Shown here: positions 38,572 to 48,871 of the stretch, in pieces
How the letters are laid out: the number at the start of each line of letters is the position of its first letter
Numbering within the stretch: the first letter of the stretch is position 1
Origin: an uncultured bacterium
Lineage (GTDB): Bacteria; Krumholzibacteriota; Krumholzibacteriia; Krumholzibacteriales; Krumholzibacteriaceae
Direction of reading: 5' to 3'
DNA: 64,000 bases
NCBI GenBank assembly: GCA_963813815.1
Contig: CAWFAD010000016.1
Location: forward strand, 224,001-288,000
The notes under the pieces: model-generated
What the model saw: only the letters and a program-made list of their open reading frames with translations
Told to the model about the DNA's origin: nothing
The model's database searches: none
Translations under genes and position numbers: made by a program

Positions 38572-39959
38572 TGGAGAGCTCGGTCAACGCGCGCGCGAGG
38601 CTCGGCCCGCTCGACCGCGTTCCGCCGCAGAACGTCGAGGCGGAACGGGCCGTTCTCGGAGGCGTTCTGCTCGATCCGGAGGCGGCGACGAAGGCCGTCG
38701 AGATCGTGTCCCCCGAGTCTTTCTACCGGCCCGCCAACGCCCGGATCTTCCGGGCGATCCTCTCGCTTTTCACGCGGCGGGAGCCGATCGACGTCATGAC
38801 CCTCTCCGAGGAGCTCGGCAAGTCGGGCGATCTCGAGGCGATCGGCGGGATCGCCGCCCTGACCGATCTCGTCGATTCGACGCCGAGCGCGGCGAACATC
38901 GAGCATTACGCGAGGATCGTGCTCGACAAATACATTCTCCGGCAGCTCATCCGCGCGTCGACCGAGATCGCGGAGGACGCGTTCGCGGCGGACCGCGAGG
39001 CCGACGTCATCCTCGACGCTTCCGAGCAAAAGATATTCAAAATCTCCGAGTCGCGCGTGAGTCAGGGATTCATCCACATCAAGGATATCCTCAAGGAGCG
39101 ATTCGACGAGATTCAGAGGGTGCACGAGACGCGCATGAGCATCACGGGGCTCCCGACGGGCTTCGTCGACCTCGACGCCCACACGGCGGGGTTCCATCCG
39201 AGCGATCTCGTCATCATCGCGGGGCGGCCCTCGATGGGAAAGACGAGCTTCGCGCTCAACATCGCCCAGCACGTCGCGCTCGTCGAGCACCGCTCCGTCG
39301 CCATCTTCAGCCTCGAGATGTCGAAGGAGCTCCTCGTCCAGCGCCTCCTCTGCTCCGAGGCGCAGGTCGACTCGCAGAAGGTGCGCCGCGGGTTCACCTC
39401 GGCGAAGGACATCGAGCGGCTCACGAACGCCGCGGGGCTCCTGAGCGACGCGCCCGTCTTCATCGACGACACGCCGGCGATCTCGACGCTCGACATGCGC
39501 GCGCGCGCCCGGCGGCTCAAGTCGGAGCACGACATCGCGCTCGTCATCATCGATTACCTCCAGCTCGCGCGCTGCAGCGAGCGCTCCGAGAACCGCCAGC
39601 AGGAGATCTCATCGATCTCACGCTCCCTCAAGGCGCTCGCCAAGGAGCTCTCCATCCCCGTCATAGCGCTCTCCCAGCTCTCCCGGGCGGTCGAGGCCCG
39701 CGGGGGGGACCGGCGCCCGATGCTCTCCGATCTCCGCGAATCGGGGGCCATCGAGCAGGACGCCGATCTCGTGCTCTTTCTCTACCGTCCCGAGTTCTAC
39801 GATCCGGACGATCCGGACAAGCAGGGCAAGGCGGAGCTCATCATCGGGAAGCAGCGAAACGGTCCGACGGGCATCGTTCCGCTCGTGTTCGAGAAGACCT
39901 ACACGCGCTTCCATTCGGCGGCGCGCGACGGAGCCGCGCCGGCGCCGGAGGTTTTCTAG
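38568..39959 (+). CDS. dnaB: Replicative DNA helicase (no intein)
   Basis: PPQNVEAE, GRPSMGKT, FSLEMS, IDYLQL, LSQLSR, SDLRESGAIEQDAD, KQRNGPTG. Confidence 0.98.
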   Translation: MMESSVNARARLGPLDRVPPQNVEAERAVLGGVLLDPEAATKAVEIVSPESFYRPANARIFRAILSLFTRREPIDVMTLSEELGKSGDLEAIGGIAALTDLVDSTPSAANIEHYARIVLDKYILRQLIRASTEIAEDAFAADREADVILDASEQKIFKISESRVSQGFIHIKDILKERFDEIQRVHETRMSITGLPTGFVDLDAHTAGFHPSDLVIIAGRPSMGKTSFALNIAQHVALVEHRSVAIFSLEMSKELLVQRLLCSEAQVDSQKVRRGFTSAKDIERLTNAAGLLSDAPVFIDDTPAISTLDMRARARRLKSEHDIALVIIDYLQLARCSERSENRQQEISSISRSLKALAKELSIPVIALSQLSRAVEARGGDRRPMLSDLRESGAIEQDADLVLFLYRPEFYDPDDPDKQGKAELIIGKQRNGPTGIVPLVFEKTYTRFHSAARDGAAPAPEVF

Positions 39960-40751
39960 GTGACGCCGTTCGTCATTCTCGGCAGGTTCTTTCTCGAGCT
40001 CATCCAGGAGATCGGGGGGGTGTGCATCCTCATATGGCGGATCGCGCAGCTCTCCCCGCGGGTCTTCGCGAACGGCCGCGCCGTCTTTCAGCAGATGGAC
40101 CGCATCGGGCTCGGGTCGATCCCCCTCGTGGTCGTGACCTCGCTTTTCGTCGGAGCGGTGACGGCCGTGCAGGCGGCCTATCAGTTTCACGGGTACGTCC
40201 CCTTCAAATTCATTGGAACGGTCGTCGGGAAATCGGTCACCCTCGAGCTCGGGCCGGTGCTCACGGCGCTCGTCGTGGGGGGGCGCGTGAGCGCCTCGAT
40301 CGCGGCGGAGCTCGGCACGATGAAGGTCACCGAGCAGATCGATGCCATGGAGACGATCGCGATCGACCCGGTCGAATACCTCGTCCTCCCGCGCGTCGTC
40401 GCCGCGACGATCATGCTTCCGGTGCTCACGATCTTCTCCGATTTTCTCGCGATCATCGGAGCGGCGGTCGTCGCGAACATTTCGATCGGCGTGAGCTACG
40501 GCACCTTCGAATCGGGGATCAAGCTTCTGTTCAAGTATCAGGATCTCCTGGGCGGCCTCGCGAAGACCTTCGTCTTCGGCTACATCATCGCCCTCATGGG
40601 GTGCTACAACGGATTCGAGACGCGGGGCGGCGCCGAGGGCGTCGGGGTGTCGACGATGAAGGCGGTCGTCTCCTCGTGCCTCCTGATTCTCATCACGAAC
40701 TACATGCTGGCGTCGCTCATCTTCCGCATCATCTTCGCGCCGTCGTCGTAG
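39960..40751 (+). CDS. mlaE: MlaE family ABC permease
   Basis: ELGPVLTA, AELGTMKVTEQIDA, GGAEGVG. Confidence 0.93.
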   Translation: MTPFVILGRFFLELIQEIGGVCILIWRIAQLSPRVFANGRAVFQQMDRIGLGSIPLVVVTSLFVGAVTAVQAAYQFHGYVPFKFIGTVVGKSVTLELGPVLTALVVGGRVSASIAAELGTMKVTEQIDAMETIAIDPVEYLVLPRVVAATIMLPVLTIFSDFLAIIGAAVVANISIGVSYGTFESGIKLLFKYQDLLGGLAKTFVFGYIIALMGCYNGFETRGGAEGVGVSTMKAVVSSCLLILITNYMLASLIFRIIFAPSS

Positions 40752-40761
40752 GGAGCAACCC

Positions 40762-41532
40762 ATGGAGCAACGGGCAAGCGAATACATCGTGCGGCTCAGC
40801 GGCGTGATCAAGGCGTTCGATCGCAAGGTCGTGCTCGACGGCGTCGACCTCGACATCGCCCGGGGAAAGACGCTCGTCGTCATCGGCCGCAGCGGTTGCG
40901 GCAAGAGCGTCATGCTGAAGCACATCACCGGGCTCATCGCTCCGGACGCCGGCGGGATCTTCTTCGAAGGGGAGGATATCACGCAGTTCGGCCGGAAAAA
41001 GCTTTTTCAAATGCGCATGCACTTTGGTATGCTTTTCCAGGGCGCCGCGCTCTTCGATTCCCTTTCGGTCGGCGAGAACGTGGCGCTGCCGCTGCGCACG
41101 CATACCGAGCTCGGCGACGACGAAATCCGCCGGAAGGTGTGCGAAAAGCTCCAGCTCGTGGGGCTCACCGACGTCTATGACCGGTCCCCCGCGGAAATGA
41201 GCGGCGGCATGAAGAAACGCGTGGGGCTCGCGAGGGCCGTCGTCATGGATCCCGCGGTCGTGCTCTACGACGAGCCGACGACGGGGCTCGATCCGATCAT
41301 GGCGGACGTCATCAACGAGCTCATCCGGGACCTCCAGCGGGAGCTGCGCATCACGTCGGTCGTGGTGACGCACGACATCAAGAGCGCGTACAAGGTCGCC
41401 GATCGCATCGCGATGCTCCACGAAGGGAAGATAATCGAGTCGGGTACCCCGGACGAAGTCCGGAAAACGGCGAACCCGGTGCTGAGGCAGTTCGTCGAGG
41501 GATCGTCCCAGGGCCCCATACAGCCGCTCTGA
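40762..41532 (+). CDS. mlaF: MlaF family ABC ATPase
   Basis: GRSGCGKS, LFQGAALFDSL, MSGGMKKRVGLARA, YDEPTTGLDP. Confidence 0.93.
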   Translation: MEQRASEYIVRLSGVIKAFDRKVVLDGVDLDIARGKTLVVIGRSGCGKSVMLKHITGLIAPDAGGIFFEGEDITQFGRKKLFQMRMHFGMLFQGAALFDSLSVGENVALPLRTHTELGDDEIRRKVCEKLQLVGLTDVYDRSPAEMSGGMKKRVGLARAVVMDPAVVLYDEPTTGLDPIMADVINELIRDLQRELRITSVVVTHDIKSAYKVADRIAMLHEGKIIESGTPDEVRKTANPVLRQFVEGSSQGPIQPL

Positions 41533-41600
41533 GCGTTCGTTGCGCGCTCCCGGGCGGCGCGGCGCCGCCCGACGGGGCGGCGAACGGCGAGAGGAAGCGA

Positions 41601-42497
41601 ATGGAATACAAATCGCTCGAGCTCCGAGTCGGACTCACGATCTTCATCGCGGCGGTCATACTGATCATCGGGCTCATGTGGTTTCAGAGCTTCAAGATCA
41701 GCAGGAGCGAATACGAGATTCACGCGGTGTTCCCGATGGTCGGAAGCATCTCGCGCGGCGACGACGTGAACCTCAACGGCGTCCAGCGGGGATCGGTGAA
41801 GCGCGTCGAGCTTCGCGACAAGGACGTGCTCGTGACCATGTCGATCGACGCGGGAACGAATATCCCGGAGGATTCCCGCATCGTGCTGCAGACGATCGGC
41901 ATCATGGGGGAGCGCGTCGTCACGATCCTGCTCGGTTCTTCCGACCGTTTCCTCGAGCCGGGAGCGATCATGACGGGCGTCTACGATCCGGGCATCTCCG
42001 AGGCGCTCGCCTTCCTCGGAAACATCATGGACGAGCTCACGACCCTCACGCACGACATGCGCCGCATCACGGGCACGCTGACGCAGGGGGACAAGCTCGG
42101 GCGGACGGTCGACAACCTCGCCGGGATCACGACCGAGCTGCGCTCGATGCTCGAGCGGGATGGCCCCGAGCTCCGTGCCGGCGTGCACTCGCTGCGCCGT
42201 TCGGCCGAGACGGTCGAAGGGCTGCTCGCGAGGAACGACGGAGAGATCGACACGATGATCGCCTCGTTCGGCTCGATGAGCCGGGATCTGCCGGAGCTCG
42301 TGCGGCGCATGCGGAGCCTCACCGATTCGCTCGCCGCCGTCACGGCCAAGCTCCAGCGCGACGACAACACGCTCGGAGCCCTCATGAACGACCGCACGTT
42401 CATGGACCGCCTCGAGAAAACGGTGCTCGATCTCGGCGCGCTCGTCGCCGAGATCAAGGCGAATCCGAAAAAGTACCTCAAGGTCGAGATATTCTGA
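41601..42497 (+). CDS. mlaD: MCE/MlaD family protein with long helical C-terminus
   Basis: N-terminal TM, MCE domain (VNLNGVQRGSV), helical region ending NPKKYL. Confidence 0.88.
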   Translation: MEYKSLELRVGLTIFIAAVILIIGLMWFQSFKISRSEYEIHAVFPMVGSISRGDDVNLNGVQRGSVKRVELRDKDVLVTMSIDAGTNIPEDSRIVLQTIGIMGERVVTILLGSSDRFLEPGAIMTGVYDPGISEALAFLGNIMDELTTLTHDMRRITGTLTQGDKLGRTVDNLAGITTELRSMLERDGPELRAGVHSLRRSAETVEGLLARNDGEIDTMIASFGSMSRDLPELVRRMRSLTDSLAAVTAKLQRDDNTLGALMNDRTFMDRLEKTVLDLGALVAEIKANPKKYLKVEIF

Positions 42498-42512
42498 GGA
42501 CGGGAGACGGCG

Positions 42513-43235
42513 ATGTCCGATACCAGAGAGAAGATCAGCTGCATCATAGCGGCGGCGGGTAGGGGCGTTCGTTTCGGGCGGGAGATGCCGAAGAGCTTCT
42601 ACCCGGTCGAGGGGCGGCCGCTGCTCGCGTGGTCGCTGCGGGCGCTCGGCGCCTGGGGGCGCATCGCCGAGTACGTCGTCATGGTTCCGCCGGGATGGGA
42701 GGCCGAGGCGGCGCGCGAGCTCGCCGAGGAAGCGCCCGGCGCGCCCGTCCGCGTTCTCGCGGGGGGCGAGACGAGGCAGGAATCGGTCGCCATCGGGCTC
42801 GAATCCGTCGTGGGGGCCGATCTCGTCCTCGTCCACGACGCCTGCCGTCCGATCGTGTCGGCTCAGCTCATCGAGCGAGTCGCCGCCGCCGCGCGCGAGC
42901 ACGGGGCGGCGGTTCCGGCCCTTCAGGTAGTCGAGACGCTCGGCCGCCTCAGGGACGACGCCCTCGAGGGGATCGTCCCGCGCGACCGCGTCGTCGGCAT
43001 CCAGACCCCGCAGGCCTTCCGCTACGAGGTGCTTTCGAAGGCCCTGCGCTCGGCCGGCGAGGCGGCGCATACGGCCACCGACGAGAGCTCGCTCGTGCTC
43101 CAGGCCGGCTTTCACGTGAAGGTCGTCGAGGGAGAGGTCTGGAACATCAAGGTCACCGTCAAAGAAGATCTCGAGATCATGGGGAGCTTTCTCTCGGGGC
43201 GGCGGCTCGAGATTTCTCCCCGCGCGGATCAGTGA
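42513..43235 (+). CDS. ispD: 2-C-methyl-D-erythritol 4-phosphate cytidylyltransferase
   Basis: AAGRGVRF, GGETRQESV, VHDACRP, QTPQAF, NIKVT. Confidence 0.94.
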   Translation: MSDTREKISCIIAAAGRGVRFGREMPKSFYPVEGRPLLAWSLRALGAWGRIAEYVVMVPPGWEAEAARELAEEAPGAPVRVLAGGETRQESVAIGLESVVGADLVLVHDACRPIVSAQLIERVAAAAREHGAAVPALQVVETLGRLRDDALEGIVPRDRVVGIQTPQAFRYEVLSKALRSAGEAAHTATDESSLVLQAGFHVKVVEGEVWNIKVTVKEDLEIMGSFLSGRRLEISPRADQ

Positions 43236-43271
43236 CGTCGACTCCCGCCCTTCGGGAGCTCCGGAAACAGC

Positions 43272-43787
43272 ATGGGTTCATTTCGCATCGGCATCGGCTA
43301 CGACATTCACCCCCTCGTCCCCGGGCGGGCGCTCGTCCTCGGCGGCGTGCGCATAGACCATCCGCTCGGGCTCGCCGGGCATTCAGACGCTGACGCCCTC
43401 ATCCACGCTCTCTGCGACGCGCTGCTCGGCGCGGCGAATCTCGGAGATCTCGGCGCGCATTTCCCCGAAACGCCCGAATGGAAGGACGCGCCGAGCGCGC
43501 GCATCCTCGAGCGCGTCGCCGGGATGGTGGGCCGCGCCGGCTTCCGCCTCGTGAACGCCGATTGCATCGTCAACGCCGAGGAGCCGAAGATCGCGCCGCA
43601 TCGCGAGGCGATGGCCCGCGCGATGGCGAATGCCCTCGGGGTCGATCCCGGGCTCGTCTCCGTCAAGGCGACGCGGGGCGAGGGGCTCGGGCCGGTCGGC
43701 GAGCGGCGCGCGATCGCGGCGGAGGCGATCGTTCTCATCGAGCGGATCGGGGACCCGGCGGCTCTCCGTCCGGCGGGGGGGCGCTGA
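43272..43787 (+). CDS. ispF: 2-C-methyl-D-erythritol 2,4-cyclodiphosphate synthase
   Basis: RIGIGYDIH, GHSDADALIHALCDALLGA, SVKAT. Confidence 0.96.
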   Translation: MGSFRIGIGYDIHPLVPGRALVLGGVRIDHPLGLAGHSDADALIHALCDALLGAANLGDLGAHFPETPEWKDAPSARILERVAGMVGRAGFRLVNADCIVNAEEPKIAPHREAMARAMANALGVDPGLVSVKATRGEGLGPVGERRAIAAEAIVLIERIGDPAALRPAGGR

Positions 43788-45229
43788 TGGCGGGAATTCG
43801 CGTGAGATTCGCTCCGAGCCCGACGGGGCACCTGCACCTCGGCGGCGCGCGCACGGCTCTCTTCAACTGGCTCTTCGCGCGCCACGGGGGCGGCTCCTTC
43901 ATTCTTCGCATCGAGGACACCGATCTCGCCCGGTCGGAGCGCCGCCTCGAGGACGAACTCCTCGAGGATCTGGCGTGGCTCGGTTTCACCTGGGACGAGG
44001 GCCCGGGCCGCGGCGGCCCCGCGGGCCCGTACCGGCAGTCGGAGCGTCTCGACCTCTACCGCGAGAGCGCGGAGCGCCTCCTCTCCGCGGGCAAGGCCTA
44101 CCCCTGTTTCTGCTCCGACGAGGATCTCGCCCGCAAGCGGGAGGCTCAGCTCGCCGCCGGCCTCGCTCCGCGATACGACGGCGCCTGCCGCGCCCTCGAC
44201 CCGGCCGGGCGCGAGCGCGAGCGCGCGAAGGGAAGCCCCGAGAGCATCCGCTATCTCGCCCACGATCACGGGGAGCGGAGGATCGACGATCTCATCCGCG
44301 GCGAGGTCTCGTTTCCCGCCGGCATGGTGGGGGATTTCGTCATTCTTCGCTCGAACGGCCATCCCGTGTACAACTTCGCGGCGGTCGTCGACGACGCCGC
44401 CATGTCGATATCGCACGTGATCCGCGGCGAGGAGCATCTGTCGAACACGCTCCGGCAGGTCCTCCTCTACGAGGGGCTCGGGACGCCGGCCCCGCTCTTC
44501 GCGCACCTGCCGCTCATTCTCGCCGCCGACCGCTCGAAGCTCAGCAAGCGGCACGGCGCTCCGAACGTGAGCGACTTCCGCGAGCGCGGCTACCCCGTCG
44601 AGGCGATCATCAACTACCTCGCGTTTCTCGGCTGGTCGCCTCCGGGGGGAGGGGAGATACTGGCGGTGGAGGAGCTCGTCCGGGATTTTTCGCTCGAACG
44701 CGTCTCCCGCAGCCCCGGCATCTTCGACGAGGCAAAGCTCGACTGGGTCGCCGCGAATCACATCCGGCGCGGCGGGGCGGCGCGGTACTTCGAGGAGGCT
44801 CTGGAGTTCTTTCCCCCGGAGATTCGCGACGAGTACCAGCGCGAGACGTTGAAGGAGATTTTCGCGATCGCCTCCGAGAACCTGCCGTGCTTCTCGCGTC
44901 TCGCCGAGGAGGCGGCGCCGATGCGTCCGGGCGTCCCCCGGGCCGCCGGAGAGGCGCTCGACGCCGTGCGGGAGGCGAAGGGGCTCTTCGACGCCGCCGT
45001 CGAGATCTTCGGAGCGGTCGGGGAATGGAAGTCTCCCATGATCGGCGAGGCGATGAAGGCGCTCGGCCGGAAAACGGAACGAAAAGGAAAATCACTCTAC
45101 CTGCCGCTCCGCGCGGCGTTGACGGGGGCCCTGCACGGCCCCGATCTCTCGCGCGTGATGGAAATTCGGGGGCGGGAGGACGTGCTTGCCTGCCTGCGGA
45201 GCGCCGCATCGAGCGGCCCCGCGGCGTAA
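43787..45229 (+). CDS. gltX: Glutamate--tRNA ligase
   Basis: RFAPSPTGHLHLGGARTAL, RIEDTD, HVIRGEEH, KLSKR, GPDL. Confidence 0.96.
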   Translation: MAGIRVRFAPSPTGHLHLGGARTALFNWLFARHGGGSFILRIEDTDLARSERRLEDELLEDLAWLGFTWDEGPGRGGPAGPYRQSERLDLYRESAERLLSAGKAYPCFCSDEDLARKREAQLAAGLAPRYDGACRALDPAGRERERAKGSPESIRYLAHDHGERRIDDLIRGEVSFPAGMVGDFVILRSNGHPVYNFAAVVDDAAMSISHVIRGEEHLSNTLRQVLLYEGLGTPAPLFAHLPLILAADRSKLSKRHGAPNVSDFRERGYPVEAIINYLAFLGWSPPGGGEILAVEELVRDFSLERVSRSPGIFDEAKLDWVAANHIRRGGAARYFEEALEFFPPEIRDEYQRETLKEIFAIASENLPCFSRLAEEAAPMRPGVPRAAGEALDAVREAKGLFDAAVEIFGAVGEWKSPMIGEAMKALGRKTERKGKSLYLPLRAALTGALHGPDLSRVMEIRGREDVLACLRSAASSGPAA

Positions 45230-45245
45230 CGGCGAAGGAGCGGGA

Positions 45246-46265
45246 ATGACATCGATGAAGATAGCGGTGCTGCTCGGCGGCGATTCTCCCGAGCGGGACG
45301 TTTCGCTCGCGAGCGGCGCGGCCGTCATCAGGGCGCTCCGCGCGCGCGGCCACGACGTCGTCGCGATCGATCCAGCGCTGCCGCCCGGCCTCCGGGCCGA
45401 GCCGGAGGCGGCGCGAATCGGCGATCGGCCGCCCGAGCGCGTCGCGCCGCTCCCGCCCGAGCAGGCCCTCGCCTGGCTCCATTCGAAGCCGGTCCGCGAG
45501 GCGGACGTCGTCATGAACGCGCTGCACGGGGTGTGGGGCGAGGACGGCGTCGCGCAGGCGCTTCTCGAGTCCGCGGGCGTGGCGTACACGGGCTCCGGCG
45601 TGCTCGCGAGCGCGCTCGCGATGAACAAGGACCGCTCGAAGGCGCTCTTCCGCGAGGCGGGGGTGCCCACCGCCCCGCATCGTCTTCTCGACGCCTCCTC
45701 TCCCGGGGCGGCGGAGCGCGCCGCCGCCGCGATTCGCGAGATCGGCCTTCCCGTCGTGGTCAAACCGAACTGCCAGGGCTCGAGCGTCGGGTTCTCGTTC
45801 GTGGAGAGCGAGGGGGGTCTCGGGGAGGCGCTCGAAGCCGCGGCGCGCTACGGCGGCGAATGCCTCGTCGAGCGGTACGTGCCGGGGCGCGAGCTCACCG
45901 CCGCCGTCCTCGGCGGGGAGGCCCTTCCGCTCGTCGAGATCATACCCACCGGAGGCTTTTACGATTATCAGCGCAAATACAAGAAGGGCGCGAGCCGCTA
46001 CGTCGTGCCGGCCGAGCTCGACGCGGCGGCGACGGAGCTCCTCCGGCGTCACGCGGTGCGCGCGTTCGAGGCGCTTCTCTGCCGAGACTACGCGCGGGTG
46101 GATTTCAGGTTCTCTCCCGAGGGGGAGCCGTTTTGCCTCGAGGTCAACACGTTGCCCGGCATGACCGATCTCTCGCTCGTGCCCATGGCGGCGCGCGCCG
46201 CCGGAATCGGGTTCGATGAGCTCGTCGAGCGGATTTGCCGGATGGCGCTCGCCAGGAAACGATAG
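45246..46265 (+). CDS. ddl: D-alanine--D-alanine ligase
   Basis: GGDSPERDVSL, LHGVWGEDG, KPNCQGSSVG, FYDYQRKY, EVNTLPGMT. Confidence 0.95.
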   Translation: MTSMKIAVLLGGDSPERDVSLASGAAVIRALRARGHDVVAIDPALPPGLRAEPEAARIGDRPPERVAPLPPEQALAWLHSKPVREADVVMNALHGVWGEDGVAQALLESAGVAYTGSGVLASALAMNKDRSKALFREAGVPTAPHRLLDASSPGAAERAAAAIREIGLPVVVKPNCQGSSVGFSFVESEGGLGEALEAAARYGGECLVERYVPGRELTAAVLGGEALPLVEIIPTGGFYDYQRKYKKGASRYVVPAELDAAATELLRRHAVRAFEALLCRDYARVDFRFSPEGEPFCLEVNTLPGMTDLSLVPMAARAAGIGFDELVERICRMALARKR

Positions 46266-46277
46266 AAGGAGCGAACG

Positions 46278-47336
46278 ATGGATCGAATCGAATCGTTGAT
46301 GAAGGAGTTCACCGAGACGCCGGGAGTGAGCGGTTTCGAGGGAGAGGTGGCGAAGCTCCTCTCGCGGCATCTCGCCGGGATCGTCTCGATCGAGAAGGAC
46401 CGCCTCGGGTCGGCGATCGCTCGCCTGCGGGGCGGCCCCGAGCGGCCGCGCGTGATGCTCGCCGCGCACATGGACGAGGTCGGGTTCATGGTCTCGCATT
46501 TCACCGGGGGATTCGTCCGTTTCAACACCCTCGGCGGCTGGTGGGGGCCGCGGATGATCGGGCTTCCCGTGCGCATACGAACCGCCCGCGGCGACGTGCC
46601 GGGGGTCATCGCGTCGAAGAATCCGTTCGAGATGGAGGAGGAGGAGCGGAAGGGTCCCTTCAAGGCGAAGGATCTCTTCGTCGACGTCGGGCTCTTCGGC
46701 AAGAAAAAACCGGGCTCCCTCGGCATTCGCCCCGGCGATCCCGTCACGCCGGTCTGTCCGTTCACCCCTCTCTCCGGGGGCGCCTACATGGCCAAGGCGT
46801 GGGACGATCGCGCCGGGTGCGTGATGCTCGTCGAGGCGATGCGGGCGCTCGCCGCCGCGAAGCGCCCGAACTCGGTCCTCGGCGTCGGCACCGTGCAGGA
46901 GGAGGTCGGCATCCGGGGAGCGGCCACGAGCGGCTACCACGCGGATCCCGACGTGTGCATCGTTCTCGAGGTCGACGTGGCGCAGGACACGCCGGGCTCC
47001 GCTCCCGAGAGTCCGGGCAGGGTCGGCGACGGCGCTTCCGTTTGCGTCTACGACGCGACGCTCATTCCCAACACGAGGCTCCGCGACCACATCATCGCGC
47101 TCGCGGAGCGCAGGAAGATTCCGCACCAGCTGAGCGCCGTTCCCTTCGGAGGAACGGACGGCGGCCGCGTGCATCTCAACGCCCGGGGCGTGCCGACGAT
47201 CGTCATCGGCGTGCCGGCGCGGCACATTCACGGCGCGGCGGGCATCATCTGCCGCCGCGACTTCGACGCGGCCGTCAAGCTCGTCGTCGAGGTCGTCAAG
47301 ACGCTCGACGGCAAGACGGTGGCGGCCCTCGCATAG
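46278..47336 (+). CDS. M42 family metallopeptidase
   Basis: AAHMDEVG, KAWDDRAG, QEEVGIRGA, GGTDG, RHIH. Confidence 0.93.
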   Translation: MDRIESLMKEFTETPGVSGFEGEVAKLLSRHLAGIVSIEKDRLGSAIARLRGGPERPRVMLAAHMDEVGFMVSHFTGGFVRFNTLGGWWGPRMIGLPVRIRTARGDVPGVIASKNPFEMEEEERKGPFKAKDLFVDVGLFGKKKPGSLGIRPGDPVTPVCPFTPLSGGAYMAKAWDDRAGCVMLVEAMRALAAAKRPNSVLGVGTVQEEVGIRGAATSGYHADPDVCIVLEVDVAQDTPGSAPESPGRVGDGASVCVYDATLIPNTRLRDHIIALAERRKIPHQLSAVPFGGTDGGRVHLNARGVPTIVIGVPARHIHGAAGIICRRDFDAAVKLVVEVVKTLDGKTVAALA

Positions 47337-47413
47337 GAAATCGGGGCCGGGTGACGGCCCTCCGTCCGGGGATCGCCCGGGCGGCGGGCGCCAAAGACGG
47401 AAAGGAACCGCGA

Positions 47414-48856
47414 ATGGCTCTCAAGGTGTACGACACGCTCCGCGCCCGCAAGGAGGAGTTCAAGCCCGTGAGTCCCGGCGCGGCCGGCATCTACTTCTGC
47501 GGCATGACGGTGCAGGACAAGCCCCACATCGGCCACATGCTCGCGTTCGTCGCCGGCGACATGATCCGCCGCTACCTGCTCTACCGGGGTTACGCGGTGA
47601 CCTACGTGCAGAACTTCACCGACATCGACGACAAGATCATCGCCAAGGCGAACGAGGAGGGCGTCGACTACCGCGTCATCGCCGAGCGGAACATGAAGGA
47701 GTATTTCAAGTACGCCGAGGAGCTCAACATCATGCGCGCCGACCGCTATCCGCTGGCGACCGAGCACATCGGCGACATCATCGCCCTCATCCGCTCGCTC
47801 GAGGAAAAGGGGTACGCGTACGCCTCCGGCGGGAACGTCTACTACCGCGTCCGCGCCTTCTCGAGCTACGGGCGTTTGTCGAAGCGCAACGTCGACGAGC
47901 TCGTGAGCGGCGCCCGCATCGAGGTGGGCGAGGCCAAGGAGGACCCGCTCGATTTCACGCTCTGGAAGGCCGCGAAGGAGGGGGAGCCCGCGTGGGAGAG
48001 CCCGTGGGGAAACGGGCGGCCGGGCTGGCACATCGAGTGCTCGGCCATGTCGATGAAGTACCTCGGGGCTACGATCGACATGCACGGCGGCGGGCAGGAT
48101 CTCATTTTTCCGCATCACGAAAACGAGATCGCGCAGAGCGAGGCGGCGACGGGGCGGCAGTTCATCCGGTACTGGATGCACAACGGCCTCCTCAATCTCC
48201 GCGGCGAGAAGATGTCGAAATCGACGGGGCACTTCTTCGCGATCGAGGACATCGCCAAGGAGTTCTCCGGCGAGGTGATCCGGTTCTACCTTCTCTCCAC
48301 GCACTTCCGGAGCAGCACCGAGTTCAGCCGCGAGCGGCTCCGCGAGGCGGAGGCGGGGCTCGAGCGGATTCGGAACGCCTGCGTCTGGATCGACGAGCGT
48401 CTGGGGGACTCGCCGCGGGGCGGCGCTCCCGAGGCGGCGGAGGAGTCGCGGCGCCTCGAAGCGCTCGTCGACGAGGTGACCGCCTCTTTCGTCGACGCGA
48501 TGGACGACGACTTCAACAGCGGCGAGGCGGCCGGGCATATCTTCCGGCTCGTCCGCGAGCTCAACCGGCTGCGGGCCGTGAACGAGGGAGGGAATATCGC
48601 CGTCTCGGCGGGCGCCCTCGAGAAGGCCCGCGGCGCCTTCGAGACCTTCGATCGCATCCTCGGGCTCTTCAAGGGGGGGCTCCCGAGCTCCCGGATGGAG
48701 ATCCCCGCGGAGGTCGAGGCCCTCGTCGCCGAGCGCGAGACGGCGCGCCGCGAGAAGAACTGGAAGCGCGCCGACGAGCTCCGCGCCCGGGTGGCCTCGC
48801 TCGGCTACGTCGTCGAGGATCGCCCCGCCGGCCCGCTCGTGAAGCGCGCCCGTTGA
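47414..48856 (+). CDS. cysS: Cysteine--tRNA ligase
   Basis: HIGH, NFTDIDDKII, GRPGWHIECSAM, HHENEIAQ, KMSKS. Confidence 0.97.
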   Translation: MALKVYDTLRARKEEFKPVSPGAAGIYFCGMTVQDKPHIGHMLAFVAGDMIRRYLLYRGYAVTYVQNFTDIDDKIIAKANEEGVDYRVIAERNMKEYFKYAEELNIMRADRYPLATEHIGDIIALIRSLEEKGYAYASGGNVYYRVRAFSSYGRLSKRNVDELVSGARIEVGEAKEDPLDFTLWKAAKEGEPAWESPWGNGRPGWHIECSAMSMKYLGATIDMHGGGQDLIFPHHENEIAQSEAATGRQFIRYWMHNGLLNLRGEKMSKSTGHFFAIEDIAKEFSGEVIRFYLLSTHFRSSTEFSRERLREAEAGLERIRNACVWIDERLGDSPRGGAPEAAEESRRLEALVDEVTASFVDAMDDDFNSGEAAGHIFRLVRELNRLRAVNEGGNIAVSAGALEKARGAFETFDRILGLFKGGLPSSRMEIPAEVEALVAERETARREKNWKRADELRARVASLGYVVEDRPAGPLVKRAR

Positions 48857-48871
48857 CGCGCCCGGCGCGGC

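Noticed and set aside
38568..39959. Intein in dnaB
   Set aside because: Normal 463-aa length with contiguous helicase motifs.
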